From the NCBI GenBank assembly GCA_963713975.1, contig OY970218.1:3136001-3200000 (forward strand): 64,000 nt of DNA, written 5' to 3'. A program made the translations under genes and the position numbers. Positions 18,099 to 28,236 of the stretch are shown here, in pieces (position 1 is the first letter of the stretch; each line of letters starts with the position of its first letter). The notes beneath the pieces are model-generated. The model was not told the origin of the DNA. It saw only the letters and a program-made list of their open reading frames with translations, and ran no database searches. Source of the DNA: an uncultured Chloroflexia bacterium. GTDB lineage: Bacteria; Chloroflexota; Limnocylindria; Limnocylindrales; CSP1-4.

Positions 18099-20615
18099 CT
18101 ACAGCAGGCTCTCTGGGTCCACGTCGATGCTCCACGGCGCGCCCGGGACCGGCTCGAGGAGGGCGACCGGATCCCGGCCACGGAGGACCACGTGGTACCG
18201 CCACCGGTCGCCGCGACGGGCGATGTAGGCGGGTGCCGGACCGGTGACCTGGATGTCGAGACCCCGATCCCGCGCGGCCGATCGGAGGCGCTCCGCCATC
18301 GCCTTCGCCTCGCGCTCGGCGTCGTCGCGCTCCGGAAGGCCGATCGTGAGCTTCACCAGGCGCCCGAACGGCGGCGAGCCGAACCGCTGCCGAAGGGCCA
18401 GCTCCTCGTCGTAGAACGTGGCGGAGTCGCCGTCGACCACGGCCCGGATCGCCCGGTGCTCCGGGCGGTAGGTCTGGATGTAGGCGACACCCGGCCGGTC
18501 TCCCCGGCCCGCACGGCCGACGGCCTGGGCCAGCAGCTGGTACGTCCGCTCAGACGCGCGCTCGTCGGGCAGGTTGAGCGCGATGTCGGCGGACACGACC
18601 CCGACCAGCGTGACCTCCGCGATGTCGAGGCCCTTGGCCACGAGGCTCGTTCCCACCAGGACGTCCGTGCGGCCGGCGGCGAAGTCGTCGAGGACACGGT
18701 CGGCGGCCCCCTTGCGCTCCACGACGTCCCGATCCAGGCGCCCGACCCGCAGGCCGGGGAACCGGGTGCGCACCTCGCGCTCTACCCGCTCGGTGCCCCC
18801 GCCCAGGTACCGGATCCGCGGTGAGGAACAGGTGGGGCAGCGGGTCGCGATGGGCCATGCCCGCCCGCAGTGGTGACAGCGCAGCGTCGTGCCCGCCCGG
18901 TGGTAGACCAGCGGGCGGTCACAGTCCGGGCAGGCCTGGACCGTGCCGCAGTCCCGGCAGAGCACCACGGACGCCGTCCCGCGCCGGTTGAGGACCAGGA
19001 TCGCCCGGTCGCCGTCCTCGGTGTCCAGCTCCGCGAGCGCCTCCGCCAGCGCGTCCGAGATGAGGCCGCGGTTGCCGGCGGCCAGCTCCTCCCGGAGATC
19101 CACGGCGGTGACCGCGGGTTCCGTGCCGGCCGCGCGCACGGGCAGCACGGCACGGCGGTAGCGGCCGGTCCGCGCGTGGCCGATCGTCTCCACGGCGGGC
19201 GTCGCGGACCCGAGGACGACGGCAGCGCCCGCCAGCCGCCCCAGCTCGATGGCCCCGTCCCGGGCCTGGAAGCGGGGCGTGCGATCGCTCTTGTAGGCGG
19301 CGTCGTGCTCCTCGTCCACCACGATCAGCCCGACATCCGCGAGCGGTGCCAGCAGGGCAGTCCGTGTCCCGACCACGAGATCCGCTCCACCGGCGCGGAT
19401 CCTCCGCCATTCATCGGCCCGCTCACCCTCGCCCAGCCCGGAGTGCAGGATGGCGATCCGGACCGGCAGGTCTGCCCGGAGGCGGTCCACGATCGGTGCG
19501 GCGAGCGCGATCTCCGGGACCAGCAGCAGTGCGGGCCGGCCCGCGGCCAGCGACGCCGCGATCGCCTCGACGTAGATCGCGGTCTTGCCGCCGCCGGTGA
19601 CGCCATCGAGGAGCGTGGGCGTCGGGTCCGAGGCCGCCACGGCATCCAGCACCAGGCGCAGGGCGGCCGCCTGCTCAGCGGTGAGCGACGCCCCGACCGG
19701 GCGGGCTCCCCGGGTGGCGGCCGGCCTGTCCTGGAGCGGTCGGCGCGGCCGCTCGCGGACCTCGACCCGCACCAGGCCGCGCCTGACGAGGCCGACGAGC
19801 GACGATGACCCGTGGCGCTCCGCCAGCGAGGCCGCCGCTGCCCCGTCAGCCGGGGATGCATCGGCGCCGGCATCCGACACCAGCTCCTCGAGGGCGGCTC
19901 GCTGCCGGGGACCCAGGGGCCTGCCCGGCATCCGGTCGCCCGCGGCCAGCGTCGCCGCGGCAGCCCGCCCCTCGTCCGTCGGCCACAGCCGGCGCTCGTA
20001 GCGTGGCCCGACGGCGGCCACCAGCAGCGTCCAGGTGAGCTCCACCAGGCCCTCGTCCGCGAGAGCCCGCAGTCGGCGCAGTAGCGCGGCGCGGCCCTCG
20101 GGCGACGAGAGATCACGGACGGGACGCGCCCGCCCCGCCACCTCGTCGAGCAGGTCCAGGTCTGCCAGCAATAACCCTGGTGCCTCGAGCCCCATCCGCC
20201 GCTCACCCGCCGGGGTGACCTCCGCCATGAGCTCCAGCCGCTCCAGCATCCCCGGCGGCAGCATGGCCCGGATCACGACCGCGAGCGGCGCCAGGTAACG
20301 AGCGGCGAGCTCCCGGGCGAACGCGAGGGACAGCGGCGGCAGGAGCGGTCCGTCGCTCCGGACCCGGGCTGCGACCGGTCGGGCCTCACCGCCCTCTGGC
20401 ACCGTCCCCTCGCCGATCACCACCCCGATCGCATGGCGTCCGCCGCGCCCGAACGGGACGAGGACGGCCTCGCCCGGCTCGACATCCTGGAGATCACCCG
20501 CGGCCCGGTAGGTAAACGTCCGCGGACCCGGTCCGGCCTGGGCGTCGACGGCCACCTCGACGAGGCGGCCGTCCGCGGGTGCGGGTCCGGGGAGCAGGCC
20601 CAGCGTCGACGGCAC
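18099..20615 (-). CDS. priA: Primosomal protein N'
   Basis: GVTGGGKT, VDEEHD, four CxxC motifs, QAVGRAGR, IDVDP. Confidence 0.97.
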   Translation of the reverse strand: MPSTLGLLPGPAPADGRLVEVAVDAQAGPGPRTFTYRAAGDLQDVEPGEAVLVPFGRGGRHAIGVVIGEGTVPEGGEARPVAARVRSDGPLLPPLSLAFARELAARYLAPLAVVIRAMLPPGMLERLELMAEVTPAGERRMGLEAPGLLLADLDLLDEVAGRARPVRDLSSPEGRAALLRRLRALADEGLVELTWTLLVAAVGPRYERRLWPTDEGRAAAATLAAGDRMPGRPLGPRQRAALEELVSDAGADASPADGAAAASLAERHGSSSLVGLVRRGLVRVEVRERPRRPLQDRPAATRGARPVGASLTAEQAAALRLVLDAVAASDPTPTLLDGVTGGGKTAIYVEAIAASLAAGRPALLLVPEIALAAPIVDRLRADLPVRIAILHSGLGEGERADEWRRIRAGGADLVVGTRTALLAPLADVGLIVVDEEHDAAYKSDRTPRFQARDGAIELGRLAGAAVVLGSATPAVETIGHARTGRYRRAVLPVRAAGTEPAVTAVDLREELAAGNRGLISDALAEALAELDTEDGDRAILVLNRRGTASVVLCRDCGTVQACPDCDRPLVYHRAGTTLRCHHCGRAWPIATRCPTCSSPRIRYLGGGTERVEREVRTRFPGLRVGRLDRDVVERKGAADRVLDDFAAGRTDVLVGTSLVAKGLDIAEVTLVGVVSADIALNLPDERASERTYQLLAQAVGRAGRGDRPGVAYIQTYRPEHRAIRAVVDGDSATFYDEELALRQRFGSPPFGRLVKLTIGLPERDDAEREAKAMAERLRSAARDRGLDIQVTGPAPAYIARRGDRWRYHVVLRGRDPVALLEPVPGAPWSIDVDPESLL

Positions 20616-20625
20616 GGCGCTCAGC

Positions 20626-21255
20626 TCAGCCGACGCGGATCTGCCGGTCCGCGTTGCGCCGCTTCTCCTGCTCGATCACGGCCTCGATCTCCGCCGCGGT
20701 CCGGTGCACCTCGCCGGTCTCGTTGACCACGACGTGGTCGTAGTCGCCCTGGCGGGCGAGCTCGATGGCGGCATTCCGCTGCCGGATCTCCAGCTCGTCG
20801 GCCGTCTCCGTCGCCCGCGAGCGAAGGCGCTGGAACAGCGCCTCCAGCGACGGCGGGACGATGAACACCAGCAGGGCATCCGGCACGCGCTGCTTCACCA
20901 CCATCGCGCCCTGGACGTCGATCTTGAGGATCACGTCGTGGCCCGCGGCCATCGCGTTCGCGACATCGCGCCGTGGGGTGCCGTACCAGTTGCCATGGAC
21001 CTCGTTCGCCTCGAGCAGCTCGCCCGCCGCGCGCAGGGCGTGGAACTCGGCGCGAGAGAGGAACTGGTAGGACACGCCCGGGATCTCGCCGGGGCGCGGG
21101 CCGCGCGTGGTGCAGGTGACGACGTAGTGGTAGTCGGGATCGCGAGGACGCTCGCGCAGCGCGTCGATGATCGTGTCCTTGCCCACGCCGGACGGACCGC
21201 TGATGATCACGAGCACCGCGCCCGGCGCGCCGAGCAGGATCTCCGGCTCCGTCAT
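20626..21255 (-). CDS. gmk: Guanylate kinase
   Basis: SGPSGVGK, TTRGPRPGE, NWYGT, IDVQG. Confidence 0.98.
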   Translation of the reverse strand: MTEPEILLGAPGAVLVIISGPSGVGKDTIIDALRERPRDPDYHYVVTCTTRGPRPGEIPGVSYQFLSRAEFHALRAAGELLEANEVHGNWYGTPRRDVANAMAAGHDVILKIDVQGAMVVKQRVPDALLVFIVPPSLEALFQRLRSRATETADELEIRQRNAAIELARQGDYDHVVVNETGEVHRTAAEIEAVIEQEKRRNADRQIRVG

Positions 21256-22322
21256 CCCTCACCTCCCGATGGCCGCCGGCCGGTCAATGTCTCGGCCGCG
21301 CGCAGGCCCTCCAGGGTCGACTCCAGGGCATCCGGCAGCGGTGCCTCGACACGGATCAGCCTCGCCGTCGACGGGGACACAAGCTCAAGCCGCCAGGCGT
21401 GCAGGAACAGGCGTTCGAGGCCGTCCGGCCCCTTGCGGGCGGTCCCGGTCCCGTAGACGGCGTCGCCGGCGACGGAGTGGCCGAGGGCCGCGAGGTGGAC
21501 GCGGATCTGGTGCGTCCGGCCCGTGACCAGGTCCAGCTCCAGCAGCGTCCAGTCGGCGAACCGCTCCCGCACGCGGTAGCCGGTCACGGCCTTCCTGCCG
21601 TCCGGCACCACCGCCATCCGCTTGCGATCCTTCGGGTCGCGACCGATCGGGGCCTCGATCCGGCCGACCGCCGCCGCCACCGATCCCTGGACCAGCGCAA
21701 GGTAGGTCTTGCGCACCCGACGGGCCTTCAGCTGCGCCATCACGGAGGCCTGGGCGGCGTCGTTGCGGGCAACGATCAGCAGCCCCGATGTGTCGCGGTC
21801 CAGCCGGTGGACGATCCCGGGTCGGGCAACGCCGGCGATGCCGCCGTAGTGATCGCCGCGGGCGAGCAGCGCGTTGACCAGTGTCCCCTGCCAGTGCCCC
21901 GGGGCCGGGTGCACGACGAGGCCGGCCTGCTTGTCCACGATCAGGACGTCGTCGTCCTCGTAGACGACGTGGACCTCGATGGTCGGGTCGGGCTCGAGGT
22001 GGTAGGGCACCTCTGCGGGCGGGACCTCCAGCGTGACGCCGCCGCCACGGACCTCGGAGTTCGCGCGCAGCATGCGCCCGGTGTCGTCGACGAGGCGGCC
22101 CTCGCTTATCAGCTTCTGGACGTAGGAACGCGAGAGGCCGGTACGGTCGGCCACAAACCGGTCGACGCGCCGGACGATCTCGCCATCGGGAACCTGGAGC
22201 CGGCGCGGACCTGGCGTGACCGACGGGGCGGGAACGGCGGGCGCCACCGCGCCCTCGAGGTCGTCGTCCGGTTCGAGGTCGTCGTCCACGGAGGCCGCGG
22301 GCTGGTCCCAGGGGTCAGCCAT
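21252..22322 (-). CDS. rluD: RluA-family 23S rRNA pseudouridine synthase (RluD-like, S4 domain)
   Basis: GIVHRLDRDTSG, TGRTHQIRVH, LHAWRL. Confidence 0.93.
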   Translation of the reverse strand: MADPWDQPAASVDDDLEPDDDLEGAVAPAVPAPSVTPGPRRLQVPDGEIVRRVDRFVADRTGLSRSYVQKLISEGRLVDDTGRMLRANSEVRGGGVTLEVPPAEVPYHLEPDPTIEVHVVYEDDDVLIVDKQAGLVVHPAPGHWQGTLVNALLARGDHYGGIAGVARPGIVHRLDRDTSGLLIVARNDAAQASVMAQLKARRVRKTYLALVQGSVAAAVGRIEAPIGRDPKDRKRMAVVPDGRKAVTGYRVRERFADWTLLELDLVTGRTHQIRVHLAALGHSVAGDAVYGTGTARKGPDGLERLFLHAWRLELVSPSTARLIRVEAPLPDALESTLEGLRAAETLTGRRPSGGEG

Positions 22323-22866
22323 CGGCTCCCCACTCGGCGGTCTGCGGAACCACCGCCATCACGATCAGCAGGATGATCGCGGTCGTGATGCAGGCGTCCG
22401 CGACGTTGTAGGTGTAGAAGCGCCACGAGCCGATGCCCATGTCCACCCAGTCGACGACCGCCCCGTAGCGCAGGCGGTCGAGCAGGTTGCCGATGGCGCC
22501 GCCGAGCAGGAGCCCGAGGGCGATGGTCGTCACCACGCCCCGTCCCGCCTTGGCGTGGTACACGACGATCAGGCCCGCGACGAGCAGCGACACGACGCCG
22601 AACGCGGGCGCAGACTGGGGCAGCATCCCGAACAGGATGCCCGAGTTCTTCCCGTACACGATGCGCAGCCAGTCCCCGAGGATCTGCGTTGGGGGTGCCG
22701 CCGGGTCCAGGTTGCCGGTGATCCACGCCTTGGACAGCTGGTCGAGCACGACCACGCCGATCGCCAGCGACGCGAACAGGGCCCAGCGTCCGGCGGACGG
22801 CCCGCGCCACGCCTTCGCCCCGGCGGCCGCGTCGGCCACCTCGTCCTCCGCCACCGGCCGCGTCAT
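22315..22866 (-). CDS. lspA: Lipoprotein signal peptidase II
   Basis: DQLSK, N.G..FG, GAIGNLLDR, V.D, YNVAD. Confidence 0.95.
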   Translation of the reverse strand: MTRPVAEDEVADAAAGAKAWRGPSAGRWALFASLAIGVVVLDQLSKAWITGNLDPAAPPTQILGDWLRIVYGKNSGILFGMLPQSAPAFGVVSLLVAGLIVVYHAKAGRGVVTTIALGLLLGGAIGNLLDRLRYGAVVDWVDMGIGSWRFYTYNVADACITTAIILLIVMAVVPQTAEWGADG

Positions 22867-22870
22867 GGGG

Positions 22871-25800
22871 TCAGGCGTCCCGGCCGGCACGACGAAGAGC
22901 GATCCTCGCCTCGCCCGCCTCAAGACGCACGACCGCGGTCGGAGCGTCCTGGGGGGGCGCCTCGCGGCGGATCTCGTCGGCGAGCGTGTCCGCGGCCAGG
23001 GACCCGAGGTACGGATCCAGGTCCGGCGCCAGCCCGTCGGCCCACAGGACGATCCGATCGTCCAGCTCCAGCTCCGCCGCCCTGCGCAGGTCCTGGACGG
23101 CCCGCTGGAGCTCGCGAGCGTCGCCTTCGGCACGCAGGTCGGGCGTGAGGATGGTGTCGATCACGGCGACCAGGCCGTCGTCGTGGGCCACCGCGGTCCC
23201 GGGTCTCGGAGTGGCCTGGATCTCGACCTCGTCTGGGGCCAGGGTCTCCCCCGCCAGCGTGACCCCTCCGTCAGGGTTGATCTCGAATCGACCTTCCCGG
23301 GCAGCGGCCATGACGGCGGGGATCCGCGCCCCGAGCCGCTTGCCGACCCGCGGAAGCAGCACCTTCACGCCGCGATCCACCAGCGCCGACTCGTCGCCGA
23401 TAATCTCCACGGCCTTGACGTTCGCCTCGACGCGGACGAGCTCGAGCAGGGCGTCCAGCTCGGTCATCACGCGGCCCGGCAGGGCCAGCCACAGGCGGGC
23501 CAGCGGCTGGCGGATCTTGAGGCTGGCCTGTCCCCGCAGGGTGCGCGACAGGTCCACGGCCCTGCGCGCGACCGCCATCGCCTCCTCCAGGCCCTCGTCC
23601 CGCAGCGGGGCGAGCTCGCTCGCCGGCCACGGAGTCAGGTGGACGCTGTCCGGGGCGTCCGGATCGAGGCCGGCCACGAGGTTTCCGTACATCGAATCGG
23701 AGAGGAACGGGAGGAACGGCGCGACCGTGCGCGACAGCGCGACCAGCGCCTCGTGCAGCGTCGCGAAGGCCGCATCCCGGTCCGCTCCCGTCGAGCGCGA
23801 CATCCGGCGGCGGGAGAGCCGCAGGTACCACGTGGACAGGTCGTCGACGTGCGCTGACAGGACCCGCGTCGCCGCCTCCGCGTCGAAGTCACGAAGGTGC
23901 GCCTCGACCTTCGCCGCGACCCCCGCGGACCGCGACAGGATCCAGCGGTCGAGCGGCGGACGCTCCGCCACGGGCGGTGACCCCACGGCCGGCGTCCAGC
24001 CCGCGAGTCGGGCGTAGGTGACGAAGAACGCGTACACGTTCCACAGGACCAGCAGCCCGCGGCGCGCCTCGTCGGCGGCATGCCAGCCGAACAGGATGTT
24101 GTCGTCGGGCCGGGCGGACGCGTACATCCAGCGCATGACGTCCACGCCCATGCGCTCCGCGGCCTCGTCGAACTCGATCGCGTTGCCCCAGCTCTTGTGC
24201 ATGGGGCGGCCGTCCTCGCCGAACAGGGTGGCGTAGCCGAAGATCGTCCGGAACGGCTCCTCCCGGCGCAGCACGGTGCTCATCGCGAGCATCGCGTAGA
24301 ACCAGTTCCGGAACTGGCCCGGGAAGCTCTCCGTGATGAAGTCGGCCGGGAACCACTTCGCCCAGGCTTCGGGATCCTCGCGGAAGTGGAGCGTGGAGAA
24401 CGGCACGATGCCGGCGTCCAGCCAGGGGTTGCCGACGTCGGCGATCCGGGAGACCGGCTCGCCGCACGACGAGCAGGCGACCTGGACCGCGTCCACGTAC
24501 GGACGGTGCGGCGTGTGGCCCTCGAAGGCCTCCCATCCCTCGATGGCCCGCTCCCTGAGCTCTTCGCGCCCCCCGATCACGTCGAAGTGCCCGCAGGCCC
24601 GGCAGTCGTAGATCGGCAGCGCCAGGCCGTAGTAGCGCTTCTTGGAGATCATCCAGTCGCGCATGTTCAGGAGCCAGTCCAGCTCCCGCTCGTGGCCGAA
24701 GTCCGGGATCCACCGGATGCGGTCCACGACCTCCATGATCTGGTAGCGGAGGGATGCGTCCACCTCCTCCGTGGTCAGCTGGTCGCGGGGCCGGTCGTAG
24801 ACCTCGCCCATGCTGATGTACCACTCGTCCACGAGCCGGAACAGCAGCGGCGTTCCGCACCGCCAGCAGTGCGGGTAGCGGTGGCTGTACGGCTCCAGGT
24901 GGTAGAAGAAGTGGCGCTGCTCGAGGTCGGAGATGATCGCCTCGGTGATCGCCGGGGCCTCCCGACCCGCCATCCATCCGAACCCCGGGTAGTACCGGCC
25001 GTCCTCGTCGATGGGACCGATGACCGGCAGCCCGATCTCACGGCCCAGCTGGTAGTCCTCGGCGCCGCAGCCGGGAGCGATGTGGACGATGCCGGTCCCC
25101 TCGTCCTCGCCGACCTCGTCCCAGGTGACGACACGGTGCTCATAGTCCGCATCCGCGAAGGCCGACGCGACCGCCGGCAGCTGGTCGAAGGGGCCCGTGT
25201 AGCGCCAGCCGGCCAGCTCCGAACCGGCCCGCTCCTCCACGATCTGGAACGGGCCCCGCAGCGCCTGCTTGAGCGTGCCCTTGCCCAGCCAGAACTGGTC
25301 ATCGCCCTGGCGGACCTTGACGTACCGAAGGTCCTCCCCCACCGCCGCTGCCACGTTGGCGGCCAGCGTCCAGGGAGTGGTCGTCCAGACCAGGAGGGAC
25401 TCGCCCGGGCGGTCGAGCAGCGGCAGGCGGACGGTCAGGCCCGGGTCCTCCCGGTCCTGGTAGCCCTCGTTCATCTCCATCTGCGACAGGCCGGTCCCGC
25501 AGCGCGGGCACCAGGGCATCGTGTCGTGCCCACGGTAGACCCAGCCTCGTCGGTGGCATTCGGCCAGGAAGCCCCAGATCAGGTCGTTGTTCTCGTTGCT
25601 GAAGGTGAAGTAGGACCCACCGACATCGGGCATGCCCAGGCGCCCGACGACCATCTCCACCGTGTCGGTGACGGGACCGTCGGGTCCCTCGATCGTCACC
25701 TGCTGGGTGGGGTCGGCCTTGAGCAGGTCGCGCAGGCGCAGGAGCTCGGCGGGCTCGTTCCAGTCCATCCAATAGCCGAGGCGCTGGCTCTGCTCGGTCT

Positions 25801-26221
25801 GGCGGGCGGCGAAGGTGAGGACCCGCTGCTTGCACAGGCTCACGAACTCGGCGATGCCGAACGCCTCGATATCGCGCTTGGACGTGAACCCCAGGTCGCG
25901 CTCGACGTTGACCTCCACCCACAGGCCCTGGCAGTCGAAGCCGTTCTGGTACCGCTGGTCCTCGCCGAGCATGGCGTGGAAGCGCTGGAAGAGGTCCTTG
26001 TAGGTGCGACCCCAGGCGTGGTGGACGCCCATCGGGTTGTTCGCCGTGATCGGTCCGTCCAGGAAGCTCCACCGCGGCCCGTCCGCGTTCTGCGCGCGGA
26101 GGCGGGCGAACGTCCTGCGCTCGTCCCACTCGCGGAGCAGGGCGTGTTCCTGGGCGACGAGATCGGGTCGGGCGGTGACGGGTCGGAACATCGGGCCTCG
26201 AGCGGTCGCCGGTGGGGTCAT
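22871..26221 (-). CDS. ileS: Isoleucine--tRNA ligase, type 2 (non-canonical GVHH/PMHKS motifs)
   Basis: DGPITANNPMGVHH, GFDCQGL, WTTTPWTL, GTGIVHIAP, DWMISKKRYYG; IleRS2-type C-terminus. Confidence 0.96.
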   Translation of the reverse strand: MTPPATARGPMFRPVTARPDLVAQEHALLREWDERRTFARLRAQNADGPRWSFLDGPITANNPMGVHHAWGRTYKDLFQRFHAMLGEDQRYQNGFDCQGLWVEVNVERDLGFTSKRDIEAFGIAEFVSLCKQRVLTFAARQTEQSQRLGYWMDWNEPAELLRLRDLLKADPTQQVTIEGPDGPVTDTVEMVVGRLGMPDVGGSYFTFSNENNDLIWGFLAECHRRGWVYRGHDTMPWCPRCGTGLSQMEMNEGYQDREDPGLTVRLPLLDRPGESLLVWTTTPWTLAANVAAAVGEDLRYVKVRQGDDQFWLGKGTLKQALRGPFQIVEERAGSELAGWRYTGPFDQLPAVASAFADADYEHRVVTWDEVGEDEGTGIVHIAPGCGAEDYQLGREIGLPVIGPIDEDGRYYPGFGWMAGREAPAITEAIISDLEQRHFFYHLEPYSHRYPHCWRCGTPLLFRLVDEWYISMGEVYDRPRDQLTTEEVDASLRYQIMEVVDRIRWIPDFGHERELDWLLNMRDWMISKKRYYGLALPIYDCRACGHFDVIGGREELRERAIEGWEAFEGHTPHRPYVDAVQVACSSCGEPVSRIADVGNPWLDAGIVPFSTLHFREDPEAWAKWFPADFITESFPGQFRNWFYAMLAMSTVLRREEPFRTIFGYATLFGEDGRPMHKSWGNAIEFDEAAERMGVDVMRWMYASARPDDNILFGWHAADEARRGLLVLWNVYAFFVTYARLAGWTPAVGSPPVAERPPLDRWILSRSAGVAAKVEAHLRDFDAEAATRVLSAHVDDLSTWYLRLSRRRMSRSTGADRDAAFATLHEALVALSRTVAPFLPFLSDSMYGNLVAGLDPDAPDSVHLTPWPASELAPLRDEGLEEAMAVARRAVDLSRTLRGQASLKIRQPLARLWLALPGRVMTELDALLELVRVEANVKAVEIIGDESALVDRGVKVLLPRVGKRLGARIPAVMAAAREGRFEINPDGGVTLAGETLAPDEVEIQATPRPGTAVAHDDGLVAVIDTILTPDLRAEGDARELQRAVQDLRRAAELELDDRIVLWADGLAPDLDPYLGSLAADTLADEIRREAPPQDAPTAVVRLEAGEARIALRRAGRDA

Positions 26222-26333
26222 GGCCTGGCTGCGGCGGGCCACCAGTCTATCGGCTCCGCCGCTCGCGCCACCCGCCTGCGGTCACACGGACCTCCCGGGC
26301 CCGATTCCCGCCTCCGTCGTATCATTCCGCGCG

Positions 26334-28172
26334 ATGTCGACACACCAGCGGGCCCCGCGGTCGCGCTCCGCGTTCGCCGCCGCATTCCTCTCCCTCCTGT
26401 TCCCCGGCCTTGGCCATGCCTATGCGGGCGCCTACACGCGTGCGCTGGGTTTCGCCGCTGCGCCGCTGCTGGTGATCGCGTTCGGCACCGGCATCGTGCT
26501 GCGGGTGGACAGCTACGAGCTCCTGGGCATGGTCGCGAGCCAGGGCGCCCTGATCGCCATCTTCGTCGCCAACATCGCGGCGCTCGTCTACCGCATCGTC
26601 GCGGCCATTGATGCCTGGCAGGTCGCCCGCTTCCTCAACGCCGCCGACGCCTCGGGCGGTGGGCGCCTGGGCCGCGCCCGCCTCTCCGTGCACCCGCTGT
26701 CGATCGCCGGGCTGCTGGCGGTCGTGCTCGTCATGGGGGCCGGACACCTCGCGATCGCGCGCTACAACGTCCTCGCCCTCGACCTGGTGAACTGCGTCTT
26801 CAGCGAGGACGGTGGTGCCGACTGCGAGGAAGCGGTCGCATCCGGGTCACCCGAGCCGTCCGCCGAGCCCGCGGCCACCAGCGCCCCCGGCGAGTCCGAC
26901 GCGCCGACCGCATCCCCGGACGTGATCCCAACGCCAAACCCGTCCGCGCAGGGAACCCTCGCCCCCACCCTGCCGCCCTGGGATGGCAAGGAGCGCCTCA
27001 ACATCCTGGCCGTCGGCGTGGATGCCCGACCGGGCGACACCTCGTTCAACACGGACACGCTGATCGTCGTGTCCATCGATCCGGTGTCCAAGCAGGTCGC
27101 GATGTTCCAGATCCCGCGCGACATGGCAGACGTGCCGGTGCCGGCGAACGCGCGCTCGCTCTGGGGCTCCGCCTACGGCGGCAAGATCAACAGCTGGTTC
27201 ACCCAGAACCGGAACCGGACGGACCTGTGGCCGGGCAAGACCGCGAACGCCCGCGGATTCGCCTCGCTCAAGGCCATCCTGGGCGAGCTCTACGGCCTGG
27301 ACATCCGCTACTACGTCAAGGTGGACTTCAGCGGGTTCCGCAAGGTCGTGGATACCCTCGGTGGGGTCCAGGTCAACGTGCAGATGCCCGTCTACGAGAG
27401 CATGTACCCGGCCGGAGGCGGAGCCCTCACCCGGATCTACATTCCGGCGGGCCCGCAGCAGATGAGCGGTCCAGAGGCGCTGATCTACGCCCGATCGCGC
27501 CACCGGGCGGCGGGCGGCGACTTCGATCGTGGACGCCGGCAGCAGCGGGTGCTCCTGTCGCTCAAGGAGCAGATGAGCGCTCAGGCGATCGTCGCCAACC
27601 TCCCCGAGCTCGTCGATGTCCTTGGCGAGTCCGTCAAGACCGACATCCCCACCTCCGAGCTGCCCAAGCTCCTGGGGCTCGCGGAAACCGTGAACACCAA
27701 GGACATCCGGTCCTACGTGTTCTCGCCGCGCTTCTACGCCACGGAGTTCGCCAACTCCCCGCGCGGCTACATCATCACGCCCAACGTCGCACGTATCCGC
27801 AAGGCCGTGAAGGAGGCATTCTCGATCAGCCCCGAGCTGCTCGCCCAGCGCGAGGGCCTGGGTGCGGAGGCCGCGGGTGTCTGGGTCCTCAACGCCTCCG
27901 GCAAGACCGGCAAGGCCACCCGCGCCGCCGAGTACCTCGCCTACAACGGCATCGAGGCGTCGGCGCCGAACCAGAAGGCATCGCCCACCACGGCCGCCAC
28001 GGAGATCGTGGTCTACAACGGGGCCGAGGCCACGATGCCGGAGACGATCAAGTTCCTCGAGGACCTCTACGGCGCCACGGCCACCACGGCCACGGATCCG
28101 GCCGTGACCACCGACGTGATCGTCACCATCGGCAGCAGCGCACCGGACAAGTCGGTCGACGCGGTCGGCTGA
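26334..28172 (+). CDS. LCP (LytR-CpsA-Psr) family protein with N-terminal TM segments and C-terminal LytR_C domain
   Basis: NILAVGVDAR...TDT...IPRD...KIN...YARSR...DFDRGRRQQ; VLNASG in C-terminal domain. Confidence 0.92.
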   Translation: MSTHQRAPRSRSAFAAAFLSLLFPGLGHAYAGAYTRALGFAAAPLLVIAFGTGIVLRVDSYELLGMVASQGALIAIFVANIAALVYRIVAAIDAWQVARFLNAADASGGGRLGRARLSVHPLSIAGLLAVVLVMGAGHLAIARYNVLALDLVNCVFSEDGGADCEEAVASGSPEPSAEPAATSAPGESDAPTASPDVIPTPNPSAQGTLAPTLPPWDGKERLNILAVGVDARPGDTSFNTDTLIVVSIDPVSKQVAMFQIPRDMADVPVPANARSLWGSAYGGKINSWFTQNRNRTDLWPGKTANARGFASLKAILGELYGLDIRYYVKVDFSGFRKVVDTLGGVQVNVQMPVYESMYPAGGGALTRIYIPAGPQQMSGPEALIYARSRHRAAGGDFDRGRRQQRVLLSLKEQMSAQAIVANLPELVDVLGESVKTDIPTSELPKLLGLAETVNTKDIRSYVFSPRFYATEFANSPRGYIITPNVARIRKAVKEAFSISPELLAQREGLGAEAAGVWVLNASGKTGKATRAAEYLAYNGIEASAPNQKASPTTAATEIVVYNGAEATMPETIKFLEDLYGATATTATDPAVTTDVIVTIGSSAPDKSVDAVG

Positions 28173-28236
28173 GGACCGCGGTCGACAAATCGCTGAGGGC
28201 CTCGGGCCCAGGTCGGTGGCGCGGGCGTCTCGAACG

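Noticed and set aside
25610-25760. Intein in ileS
   Set aside because: Too short and lacks the N-terminal Cys/Ser and C-terminal His-Asn splice motifs.
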